Shown: positions 56,338 through 64,000 of the stretch, piece after piece
Layout: each line of letters starts with the position of its first letter
Position numbering within the stretch: position 1 is the first letter of the stretch
Virus record (IMG/VR): IMGVR_UViG_3300028591_003923
Location: 65,515 to 129,514 of that record
Reading direction: 5' to 3' (one strand)
DNA from: a virus
Lineage: Duplodnaviria; Caudoviricetes
DNA: 64,000 nt
Made by a program: the position numbers and the translations under genes
The notes under the pieces: generated by a model
What the model was told of the DNA's origin: nothing
The model's input: only the letters and a program-made list of their open reading frames with translations
Database searches by the model: none

Positions 56338-56662
56338 AAGAAGACATATGAAAGCTGTCATACAGCTACGGCGCGCGGTTGAGAATGACTGGATTAGGCT
56401 TAACCCTGTGCTGCGCGTTGGCGAACCGGCGCTGAGTACAGATGTATATAAGCTTAAAGTGGGCGATGGCCAGACCCACTGGAGTGATTTAGATTATCTA
56501 AGCGATATAGATGCGTTAAACTATATGCAGCTTAATGATTTACCTTCAATTAATGAAGTTACATTGATTGGAGATAAGAACAGTACAGATTTGGGATTGC
56601 AAGAAGAGATGGACGCCCTTCTTGAATCTGATATTGATAGAATTATTTTTGGAGGAGTTTAA
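56327..56662 (+). CDS. Mtd-N/hyaluronidase N-terminal-like fibre protein
   Basis: IQLRR....W...NPVL..GEP......KVGDG..W..L.Y; LPSIN.VTL.G. Confidence 0.75.
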   Translation: MAIKRRHMKAVIQLRRAVENDWIRLNPVLRVGEPALSTDVYKLKVGDGQTHWSDLDYLSDIDALNYMQLNDLPSINEVTLIGDKNSTDLGLQEEMDALLESDIDRIIFGGV

Positions 56663-56664
56663 GA

Positions 56665-57444
56665 ATGGCGGATAACAAGTATTTAAATGACGTCGGTTTA
56701 AGATACTACCATGAAAGACTAAAAACTCTTTTCGCGCAAAAGCAAGCGTTAGAGGATTTGGAAGACAGAGTTGATGGTATTGTATCTGAAGGTGGCGAGC
56801 CAAACACAATTGATAGTATTAGCGTCAATGGAACTGCAGTCGCGCCAGATGCGAACAAAAATGTCGCACTGACAGTACCTACAGCTACATCAGATTTAAC
56901 AAACGATGGCGACGGTACAAGTAATTTCGCAACTGAAGCTTACGTAACTCAGAACGGCGGTAAAATTGATACAATTAGCGTAAATAACACGCAACAGACA
57001 ATTACAAATAAGAATGTAAATATTACAGTGCCAACGGCGTTGAGTGATTTAACGAATGATGGGAATTATGTAACAGATGCATCATATGTTCATACAGACA
57101 CGAACTATGTTGCTGCGGACAAGGCGAAAGTAGATAAGCTTGCATTTAATGGAAATGTGCTTGATAGTTCTGTGCTTCCTTCGTTTGTGGATGATGTTGT
57201 AGAAGTATACCCAGTTGGAGTAACAGAGCTTGCATCTGATTGGTTTGCACTTACTGCGGGCGGAGCACCAATTACTCCAGAAGCGGGAAAAATTTATGTA
57301 TTAATGGCAGACTCTACAAATTATTCTGCAAATTCACAATTTAGATATGGCGGAAGTACATACGTTAAACTCTCTGATGGTGGAGTAAGTTCAATTACAA
57401 CAGCAGAAATTGATGCGATTGTTACACCAACACAAGGAAATTAA
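56665..57444 (+). CDS. Fibre protein with duplicated ISVN...NKNV..TVPT..SDLTNDG repeat
   Basis: Internal duplication; LPSFVDDVVE and E.GKIYV fibre motifs. Confidence 0.7.
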   Translation: MADNKYLNDVGLRYYHERLKTLFAQKQALEDLEDRVDGIVSEGGEPNTIDSISVNGTAVAPDANKNVALTVPTATSDLTNDGDGTSNFATEAYVTQNGGKIDTISVNNTQQTITNKNVNITVPTALSDLTNDGNYVTDASYVHTDTNYVAADKAKVDKLAFNGNVLDSSVLPSFVDDVVEVYPVGVTELASDWFALTAGGAPITPEAGKIYVLMADSTNYSANSQFRYGGSTYVKLSDGGVSSITTAEIDAIVTPTQGN

Positions 57445-57455
57445 AGGAGTAAATA

Positions 57456-57950
57456 ATGGCAATAGAGTATTTGGATAAAGAAGGGCTTGAATATTACCAT
57501 GGCAAGCTTGAAAATGAATTTGCCCAAAGCTCGCATACTCATCCGGTTGATTCGGAGTTATCTGATACTTCTGCCAACCCATTAGAGAATAGGGCAATTC
57601 ATAGAGCGATTGCACAGGCTGTAGAGTCTATGCAATTGCATAGGCCTGAAGTGTATTTTAATACGACAGCTGGCTGGGCCGCGCAAAGCGGTTTGGTTGG
57701 TCAGGCAAACACTATTTATATATATACAGATTATCAAGAAGATGAGGATGGAAATCCTATTGCGGGTTTAAAAATAGGCGATGGAAATGCCTATTTAATT
57801 GATGCCCCTTTTCTTGATACACTTTATTTAGAACATATTAATGATACAGATATACACGTGACACCAGCTGAAAAGGAGTTTTGGAATAATAAAGTTAGAT
57901 GTTTTTATTCTTTAACTGATAATGATACGGTGGTGTTTACTACACAATAA
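57456..57950 (+). CDS. Fibre protein
   Basis: HTH motif, VD..LS.TS.NP.EN, KIGDG, H.ND..IHVT..EK..WN motifs. Confidence 0.65.
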   Translation: MAIEYLDKEGLEYYHGKLENEFAQSSHTHPVDSELSDTSANPLENRAIHRAIAQAVESMQLHRPEVYFNTTAGWAAQSGLVGQANTIYIYTDYQEDEDGNPIAGLKIGDGNAYLIDAPFLDTLYLEHINDTDIHVTPAEKEFWNNKVRCFYSLTDNDTVVFTTQ

Positions 57951-57961
57951 GGAGAGATGAA

Positions 57962-59182
57962 ATGGCAGATATTAGTAAAATAACCTTGCCTTCTGGTAGT
58001 ACGTATAATATAAAAGATGAAGTAGCTCGTGGAATAATAGCGGGACTAACTTTTATAATAGCTTGGGATGGTACGGGAACACCTACTGCCGCGAATATAC
58101 CTAAGGGAGTTGTTGCAGGTGGTGTTACAGGTACTTTAGAAGCTGCCAGTGAGGTTGTTAATCCAAGGGCTTTCTATTTGGTGAAATCAGCTACCACACC
58201 TTCTAGTGAAACTTTAGATAAATATGATGAGTATGCGGTTGTAAAACCTGATACAGAAGATAATACTACTTGGTATTGGGAGAAATTTGGCGATACAAAA
58301 ATTAATTTAGCTGACGTAGTTACTGGTGTGACTTTAAACAAGTCTACGGATACAGTAATTGGTACAGATTCTACTTTTACAATTACACAACCAACTGTTG
58401 CTTTAGCAACTGGAGCTACTGCAGGAGATGGAGTTATTTCTGTTGCTACTGGTGCGAGTGGAACAACCAAGTATATAGGAGGAACCGCATCTGGTGGCGG
58501 CGCGGCTTGGAATTCAAAAGATACAAAGACAGTAGTAACAGGTTATGCAGCACCGACTAGTGATACGTTTGTAAAGACGATTTCACCAACTACTTCTAAA
58601 TTAACTACGACTAGTGTAACGGGAGTACAGAGTAGTACGACTACTGCTTCAAAAGCTACGGCTGCAACTAGTCAGACCACAGTAAGTGGATTGGCTGCGT
58701 CTACAAGTAATGCTGATTTGCTTGCGAATTGTAGTGTTAGTGATGAAACTTTAGTAATTGGTGCTAAAAAGCTTAGTACGCAAACTACGACTCAATTTAC
58801 TTTTGCGGATGTAACTGTTCCAATTAAAAATACAAGTGCTACGACTGTTGCTACTGGAGCAGCGGCTACAAATAGTACTGGTGCTTCAATTGTTACGGCT
58901 GTCGCGGCTGGTACAACAGCAGATGCGCTTACTGGACTTGGAACTGCATCTACTGCAAGTGTAATTGGTAATAGTGCTACTCTTACTAATACCCAACCGA
59001 CAATTTCTATGGCTCTTGCGGATGCATCTGCTACTGGAAAGGTTGGAGTTATTACTGGAGTAAGTGCTTCAACTACAAATGTTAAAGCTACTGCTAGTGG
59101 TGCGAATACAGCTTGGAATTCTAAGGATTCGGTTACTGTACTTACAAGTGGAAGTTCACTTACGGTTACCAAAGGTCAGTAA
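57962..59182 (+). CDS. Thr/Ala/Ser-rich fibre protein
   Basis: YDEY...WEK.G motif; duplicated TQPT...G...TG and AWNSKD..V.T segments. Confidence 0.65.
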   Translation: MADISKITLPSGSTYNIKDEVARGIIAGLTFIIAWDGTGTPTAANIPKGVVAGGVTGTLEAASEVVNPRAFYLVKSATTPSSETLDKYDEYAVVKPDTEDNTTWYWEKFGDTKINLADVVTGVTLNKSTDTVIGTDSTFTITQPTVALATGATAGDGVISVATGASGTTKYIGGTASGGGAAWNSKDTKTVVTGYAAPTSDTFVKTISPTTSKLTTTSVTGVQSSTTTASKATAATSQTTVSGLAASTSNADLLANCSVSDETLVIGAKKLSTQTTTQFTFADVTVPIKNTSATTVATGAAATNSTGASIVTAVAAGTTADALTGLGTASTASVIGNSATLTNTQPTISMALADASATGKVGVITGVSASTTNVKATASGANTAWNSKDSVTVLTSGSSLTVTKGQ

Positions 59183-59195
59183 GGGGGTGATTTAA

Positions 59196-59627
59196 ATGGC
59201 AGATATTAGTGCTATTAAATTACCTAATAATGAGACATATAATTTAAAAGATAAGAATGCTTTACCATTAACTGGAGGACAAGTTACTGGACCGGTGACT
59301 TTTGGTGATTCGGTTTCTGTGGATGATTTGACCGTTGGGAATATGGTTGTGAATGGAAGCGCAAGTTTTACGAATGGAATTGTGAATTTTAAATCTATAT
59401 CGGTTTCACTTCCAGTTGCTTCTTGGTCTTCAAATTCGCAGACAGTTACGGTTTCGGGAGTTACTGCAACAAATACTGTTGTAGTTTCTCCCGCGCCCGA
59501 CTCTTTTGGAGATTATAGTACTAGTGTGGTGCACTGTACTGCGCAAGGAAATAATTCATTAACTTTTACTTGCAGTGAGACACCCGCGGGCGCTCTGACG
59601 GTTAATGTATTGATAATGAATATTTAA
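59196..59627 (+). CDS. Fibre protein
   Basis: LPLTGG.VTG motif; W....QTVTVSGVTA...V.CTAQ...LTF.C...P domain. Confidence 0.65.
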   Translation: MADISAIKLPNNETYNLKDKNALPLTGGQVTGPVTFGDSVSVDDLTVGNMVVNGSASFTNGIVNFKSISVSLPVASWSSNSQTVTVSGVTATNTVVVSPAPDSFGDYSTSVVHCTAQGNNSLTFTCSETPAGALTVNVLIMNI

Positions 59628-59641
59628 GGGGGTGAGAAGGA

Positions 59642-60529
59642 ATGATATTTAACATGGTCGGCGGTGCCGGTTCTGGAGAATCACTTCTCATCTCTGATAC
59701 TACAGATGCGAATGGCGGAACTATTCGTACTATTACTGGAAAAGTTGTAAAATTACAGACTAAGACTATTACTCCTACGAGTTCTGTTCAGAATGTAGTA
59801 CCTGATACGGGGTATGATGGATTTAGTCAAGTCACGGTTAATGCGTCGAGTGGGTCGGCGATTAACAATCAGAATAAAACTGTTTCTCCTACTACTTCAC
59901 AACAAACAATTACGGCAGATTCGGGATATACGGGATTAGGTACGGTCACGGTTAATGCAATGCCGACTATGACTTTACCCACTTCCGCCGCGACAAGTGC
60001 AACAAGTGGTTATACGAACAAAGCGACAATTAGTCGTTCAACTTCTACACAATACATAAATATACCGCCTGGTTATAATAGCGCGGGTGCATATTACACA
60101 ATTAGTGCTACTCCAAATGGGAGCGTGACTGCGCCAAGTTCAATTTCTGGGACATCAGCAACCGTATCTACTGGAACGAATACATTAACTTTAACTAAAA
60201 CAGTTAGCGTAACTCCTTCTGTTACTACTGCGGGTTATATAAGTAGTGGAACAGCGGGTAATTCTTCGGTTAGCTTAACCGCTTCGGTTACGACTAAGGC
60301 GGCCGCAACAATTACTCCGGGAACTACGAATCAAACAATTGCGGCTGGTACATATTTAACTGGCGCGCAGACAATTGCGGGAGATGAGGACTTAGTTGCT
60401 TCAAATATTGTTAGTGGCGTACAAATTTTCGGAGTTACTGGTAATGTAGTGTTGCAGAAATACTATACAGGAAGTTCTGCTCCTGCTTCTTCTTTGGGAA
60501 GTAATGGAGATATATATATACAACAGTAA
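59642..60529 (+). CDS. Thr/Ser-rich fibre protein
   Basis: Repeats Q.KT.TPT...Q....D.GY.G...VTVN; NI.SGV.IFGVTG; C-terminal YTGSSAP...G.NGDIY. Confidence 0.65.
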   Translation: MIFNMVGGAGSGESLLISDTTDANGGTIRTITGKVVKLQTKTITPTSSVQNVVPDTGYDGFSQVTVNASSGSAINNQNKTVSPTTSQQTITADSGYTGLGTVTVNAMPTMTLPTSAATSATSGYTNKATISRSTSTQYINIPPGYNSAGAYYTISATPNGSVTAPSSISGTSATVSTGTNTLTLTKTVSVTPSVTTAGYISSGTAGNSSVSLTASVTTKAAATITPGTTNQTIAAGTYLTGAQTIAGDEDLVASNIVSGVQIFGVTGNVVLQKYYTGSSAPASSLGSNGDIYIQQ

Positions 60530-60541
60530 GGGGGTGGATGA

Positions 60542-62935
60542 ATGTCGAGAGTTATTAATATTTCAGATACATTAACCACCCATCCTAATGGTTATAGTTC
60601 AGGTAATTCATCTTATTCGAGTATAAGTAGTTCGTACCCAATTTCAAATGGTTATACGGATGCATCGTCCACGTCTTATGCTTATATTACATGTAATACT
60701 GGTTCGCGTGCAGAATCGCATATTTCATATACTTTCGATGTATCTGAGATTCCAGAAGGTGCGACAATTGATTCAGTTACTTGTTCAGTTAAATCAAGAG
60801 TTAGTTCTACAAATTATTTAACTGCTTCAACAATTCAGCTATATAGTGGCTCTACCGCAAAAGGTGCAGCTACTTCCGCTGCATCAACATCAGCGACCGC
60901 GCGCAGTATAAGTAATACAGGTTCATGGACTTATGAAGAAGTACAAGAAATACAGGTACGATTAACTGGTACAAGAGGTACATCGAGTACTACTCGTGCA
61001 GCCTACCTTTATTTCTATGGAGCAACTTTGAATATAACCTATTCAATCCATGGAACAGCTTATACAATTGGCGCAACTAGTAATGTAACTGGAACAACAG
61101 TTGAACCTTCTACACAAGAAGTAATGGAAGGCGAAAGTGCTACTGTTACTATTTACTCTAATTTAATTGATGGACTTACAATTACTGATAATGATGTTAA
61201 TATTAGTGGTGATTTAATTGAACACGAAGCTCAGACCGGTGGAACAATAGAAAAATATCCAGAATCTGCAACTACAACTAGTATACAAAGTGGTACTTCT
61301 TATGCACAATATGCAGTTGGTCATTCTGCGGAAAGTCCATATTCTTCAACAAATAATATGTATGCTTCTCAAAGTACAATAGGTCATGCTGCATATACAT
61401 TTGATTTTAGCGATATTCCTTCAAATGCTACGATTACTAATGTGACTGTTAAATGTAATGGACATAGAGAAAACTCTACTGTAAGTTCTACTTATGTAGC
61501 AAGAGTTGAGTTATATAGCGGTTCGACTCAAAAAGGTTCGACTTATGAACTTACTAGCACATCTAACTATACTTTTGAAGTACCGGATGTAGGTACTTGG
61601 ACTCGCGCGGAGTTACAAGAAGCAGAATTATGGTTTCTTGTTGGTTATTATGGTGGCTTACTTTGCGGTGCTACATGGGAAGTTACTTATACAGTCCCTT
61701 CAAGTGGAAGCGACTACTATTGGACTTACACAATTGATAATGTAAATGCAGACCATGTAATTTTAATTACAGAAGAAGGTCCATTTATTCCACCAGAGGA
61801 AGACCCGCAATATAATTATTATCCAATTACGGTTTCTTCTATTAATGCGACAACTGACCCATTCCATGGGACAGAACGTGTGCAAGAAGGAACTACACAG
61901 ACAATTACAATTACTCCTACCGACCCGCAATTAACACTTGCACTGGATAATGGAGTTGATATAACGAATCAATTAGTAGGTAGTGTTCCTACGAATACGT
62001 ATACAATTGACACGCAAGTAACTGGTGCATCATATGGATTTAATTTAAATAGTTCGAGTGGATATTATGTATCTACGAATAATGGAGTTAGTAAATCCGC
62101 ATCGGTTGCACGCATTAATATGAACTTTGAAAGTAGTTGTTTAGTTACTATTCAATATATTAACTATGCGGAAGAAGATTATGATTATGGAATGTTTGGA
62201 AGTTTAGATACTGCGGTTGCTACAGATGGATTGACTGCTGCAAGTGGTGGTTCTACTCCATCAGATTCGACTTCTAATTATAAAATTTCAAGATGTTCTA
62301 ATAGTACTTCTGCGCAAACGGTTACTTATGAAGTGCCTGCGGGTGAACACTTTATTGATGTTAAATACGGTAAAGATGATGCTTCTGATTCTGGTAATGA
62401 TAGTTTACAATGGAAAATTACAAGTGTTGAAGCTACAAGCGCGGGCGGCGAGTATACATATACGTTGACTAATATAAATCAAAAACATAGTTTAATTTTT
62501 ATTTTTGGTGATGTTAGTTACTTTTTTATAACTTCAAGTGGTAATAGTTGTAAATTATATCCTGATGGTCAAATGGTTAAGTTGGAAGGTGATTCGTATC
62601 AGATACGTATTGTACCGAACGACCCAAATGCAACTGTTACCTTAAAAGATAATAATGTTGATAGGACTTCTTTACTTGAATATGAGAGTACGACAGATAA
62701 ATATGGTAATACAGTAGTTAACTATACATATAGTTTGACAAATATAACTGCTGCGCATAACTTGGTAATTAGTTGTTCAAGTGGTAGTGGTGCGAATATT
62801 TATTTGAAATTAAATGGAACATGGACACAATGTTCTAAAGTTTATTTAAAAGTTAATGGTTCTTGGGTTGAACAAAATCAATCTACTTGGGGTGATTTGT
62901 TTGATACAAGAGCAAACTATAGAAAAATGAATTAA
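60542..62935 (+). CDS. Large adhesin/receptor-binding-like protein with duplicated beta-sandwich and Ig-like modules
   Basis: Two YTFD.S.IP..ATI..VT...LYSGST.KG...G.WT..E.QE domains; three DN.V...YT..N....H modules; C-terminal YLK.NG.W twice. Confidence 0.65.
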   Translation: MSRVINISDTLTTHPNGYSSGNSSYSSISSSYPISNGYTDASSTSYAYITCNTGSRAESHISYTFDVSEIPEGATIDSVTCSVKSRVSSTNYLTASTIQLYSGSTAKGAATSAASTSATARSISNTGSWTYEEVQEIQVRLTGTRGTSSTTRAAYLYFYGATLNITYSIHGTAYTIGATSNVTGTTVEPSTQEVMEGESATVTIYSNLIDGLTITDNDVNISGDLIEHEAQTGGTIEKYPESATTTSIQSGTSYAQYAVGHSAESPYSSTNNMYASQSTIGHAAYTFDFSDIPSNATITNVTVKCNGHRENSTVSSTYVARVELYSGSTQKGSTYELTSTSNYTFEVPDVGTWTRAELQEAELWFLVGYYGGLLCGATWEVTYTVPSSGSDYYWTYTIDNVNADHVILITEEGPFIPPEEDPQYNYYPITVSSINATTDPFHGTERVQEGTTQTITITPTDPQLTLALDNGVDITNQLVGSVPTNTYTIDTQVTGASYGFNLNSSSGYYVSTNNGVSKSASVARINMNFESSCLVTIQYINYAEEDYDYGMFGSLDTAVATDGLTAASGGSTPSDSTSNYKISRCSNSTSAQTVTYEVPAGEHFIDVKYGKDDASDSGNDSLQWKITSVEATSAGGEYTYTLTNINQKHSLIFIFGDVSYFFITSSGNSCKLYPDGQMVKLEGDSYQIRIVPNDPNATVTLKDNNVDRTSLLEYESTTDKYGNTVVNYTYSLTNITAAHNLVISCSSGSGANIYLKLNGTWTQCSKVYLKVNGSWVEQNQSTWGDLFDTRANYRKMN

Positions 62936-62946
62936 GGAGGTGACAT

Positions 62947-64000
62947 ATGGCTTATAGTAAAATAATTTTAAATGGAGAGACGTTAATGGATGTCACCTCC
63001 GATACTGTAGCAGCAGGGTCACTTTTATCAGGTGAAACAGCGACTAAAAATGATGGAACTAAAGTAACGGGAAATATAGCGACAAAGAGCGCGGCAGATT
63101 TAACTGCAAGTGGTTCTACAGTTACTGCGGCGGCAGGCTATTATTCAAGTTCAGTAAGTAAAAACGTTGAAGCAGGAACAGCTACTACGCCCGCTAAAAC
63201 AATTACAACTAATCCGACAATGACACTTACTGATGCTGTTGGTGTGGTTGCGGCGACATATCACGGGTCTAGTTCAATTACACCGACGGTAAGTGCTGGT
63301 TATATAGCAGCAGGAACTGCGGGGACGGTATTTACAACAGGTACGTCTACGTATCAATTAACGTCTCAGGAGTCTCAGGTCTTTTATCCGTCTACAGCTG
63401 ATCAGACGATTGCTTCATATAGATGGTTAACAGGGGCACAAACATTTAAATCAGTTACTACGTCTAATCTTACAGCTGCTAATATTGCAAGTGGAGTAAC
63501 TGTTAAAGTTGGAGATGCTTATAAGGCGAATAGAATCATGCAGATAACAGGTACGTACGCCCCAGAAACTTCGAGTCTAACTGTAACACCGACAGAAACT
63601 CAACAAACATTTAATGCTACCGGTGTTTATGGATACAAACCAGTAACGGTTCGTCCAATCCCATCAACTTATATTCAACCTACTGGTACAAGTACAATTA
63701 CAAGTAATGGAACGTATAACGTGGCGGCTTATGCTAGTGCAAATGTAAATGTAGAAGGGGGTGGAAGCGGCGGAGATGGCGGTTTTACAGCAGACCAAAT
63801 AGCTTTGCGAACTATATCTGGGAGTATTAGCGGAAATGCTAGTTTTATTGGCAATTATGCGTTTAATAATTGTAGCGCCCTTACTACTGTAAGTTTCCCT
63901 TCATGTACGTCAATTGGCTATGGTGCATTTCAGACTTGCCAGTCCCTTACTACCGTAAGTTTCCCTGTATGTACGTTAATTGGCAGTTATGCGTTTAATA
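62947..64000 (+). CDS. Fibre protein with BspA-type leucine-rich repeats (3'-truncated, not in ORF track)
   Basis: AAGGAGGTG RBS, ATG 62947, frame open to the window end: MAYSKIILNGETLMDVT... then IGNYAFNNCSALTTVSFPSCTSIGYGAFQTCQSLTTVSFPVCTLIGSYAFN. Confidence 0.8.
   Translation, partial: MAYSKIILNGETLMDVTSDTVAAGSLLSGETATKNDGTKVTGNIATKSAADLTASGSTVTAAAGYYSSSVSKNVEAGTATTPAKTITTNPTMTLTDAVGVVAATYHGSSSITPTVSAGYIAAGTAGTVFTTGTSTYQLTSQESQVFYPSTADQTIASYRWLTGAQTFKSVTTSNLTAANIASGVTVKVGDAYKANRIMQITGTYAPETSSLTVTPTETQQTFNATGVYGYKPVTVRPIPSTYIQPTGTSTITSNGTYNVAAYASANVNVEGGGSGGDGGFTADQIALRTISGSISGNASFIGNYAFNNCSALTTVSFPSCTSIGYGAFQTCQSLTTVSFPVCTLIGSYAFN
63847..64000 (+). repeat. 66-nt tandem repeats encoding 22-aa LRR units
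   Basis: CCCTTACTACYGTAAGTTTCCCT..ATGTACGT.AATTGGC recurs at a 66-nt period. Confidence 0.75.

Noticed and set aside
371-62468. Many 60-150 aa antisense or alternate-frame ORFs in the track (e.g. 6346-6789, 18231-18617, 58792-59172, 43396-43584)
   Set aside because: They lie within well-supported genes, lack RBSs and show shadow-frame composition.
1-64000. Stop-codon reassignment (alternative genetic code)
   Set aside because: Code 11 gives full-length genes at high density, and TAA, TAG and TGA all end genes at sensible boundaries.
63847-64000. CRISPR array or DGR variable repeat
   Set aside because: Repeats are in-frame LRR coding units without unique spacers; no reverse transcriptase, template repeat or cas gene is seen in the window.

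Overview
This window is 64 kb of a large, AT-rich, standard-genetic-code tailed phage. It looks like a long-tailed siphovirus (no sheath gene seen). The consensus sigmaA promoters, strong GGAGG RBSs and class III RNR point to an anaerobic Firmicute host (inference). Block 1 (+, 1-22850) is head-neck-tail morphogenesis: terminase, portal, protease/scaffold, capsid, connectors, two paralogous tail-tube genes and a 3534-aa tape measure. Block 2 (-, 22894-55299) is replication and nucleotide metabolism: RuvC, dUTPase, ThyX-like, NrdD/NrdG, DnaE, RecJ, primase, DnaB, Sak4-like ATPase, SSB, GyrA/GyrB, a minimal UvrD and two nucleases. It is driven by seven similar sigmaA-type promoters and interrupted by a three-gene + strand island. 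Block 3 (+, 55394-end) is a holin-like gene followed by a long run of fibre/adhesin genes. Most notable: (i) a formate/nitrite channel gene overlapping both nrdD and nrdG, where NrdD carries the formate-dependent MGCR loop; (ii) a fibre operon whose consecutive proteins carry recurring paired C-terminal/N-terminal motifs, suggesting a daisy-chained multi-gene fibre; (iii) strong enrichment of GCGC/GCGCGC in AT-rich DNA; (iv) a phage-encoded cell-surface protein and a membrane-anchored GIY-YIG nuclease. All calls come from reading motifs by eye; no database searches were run.
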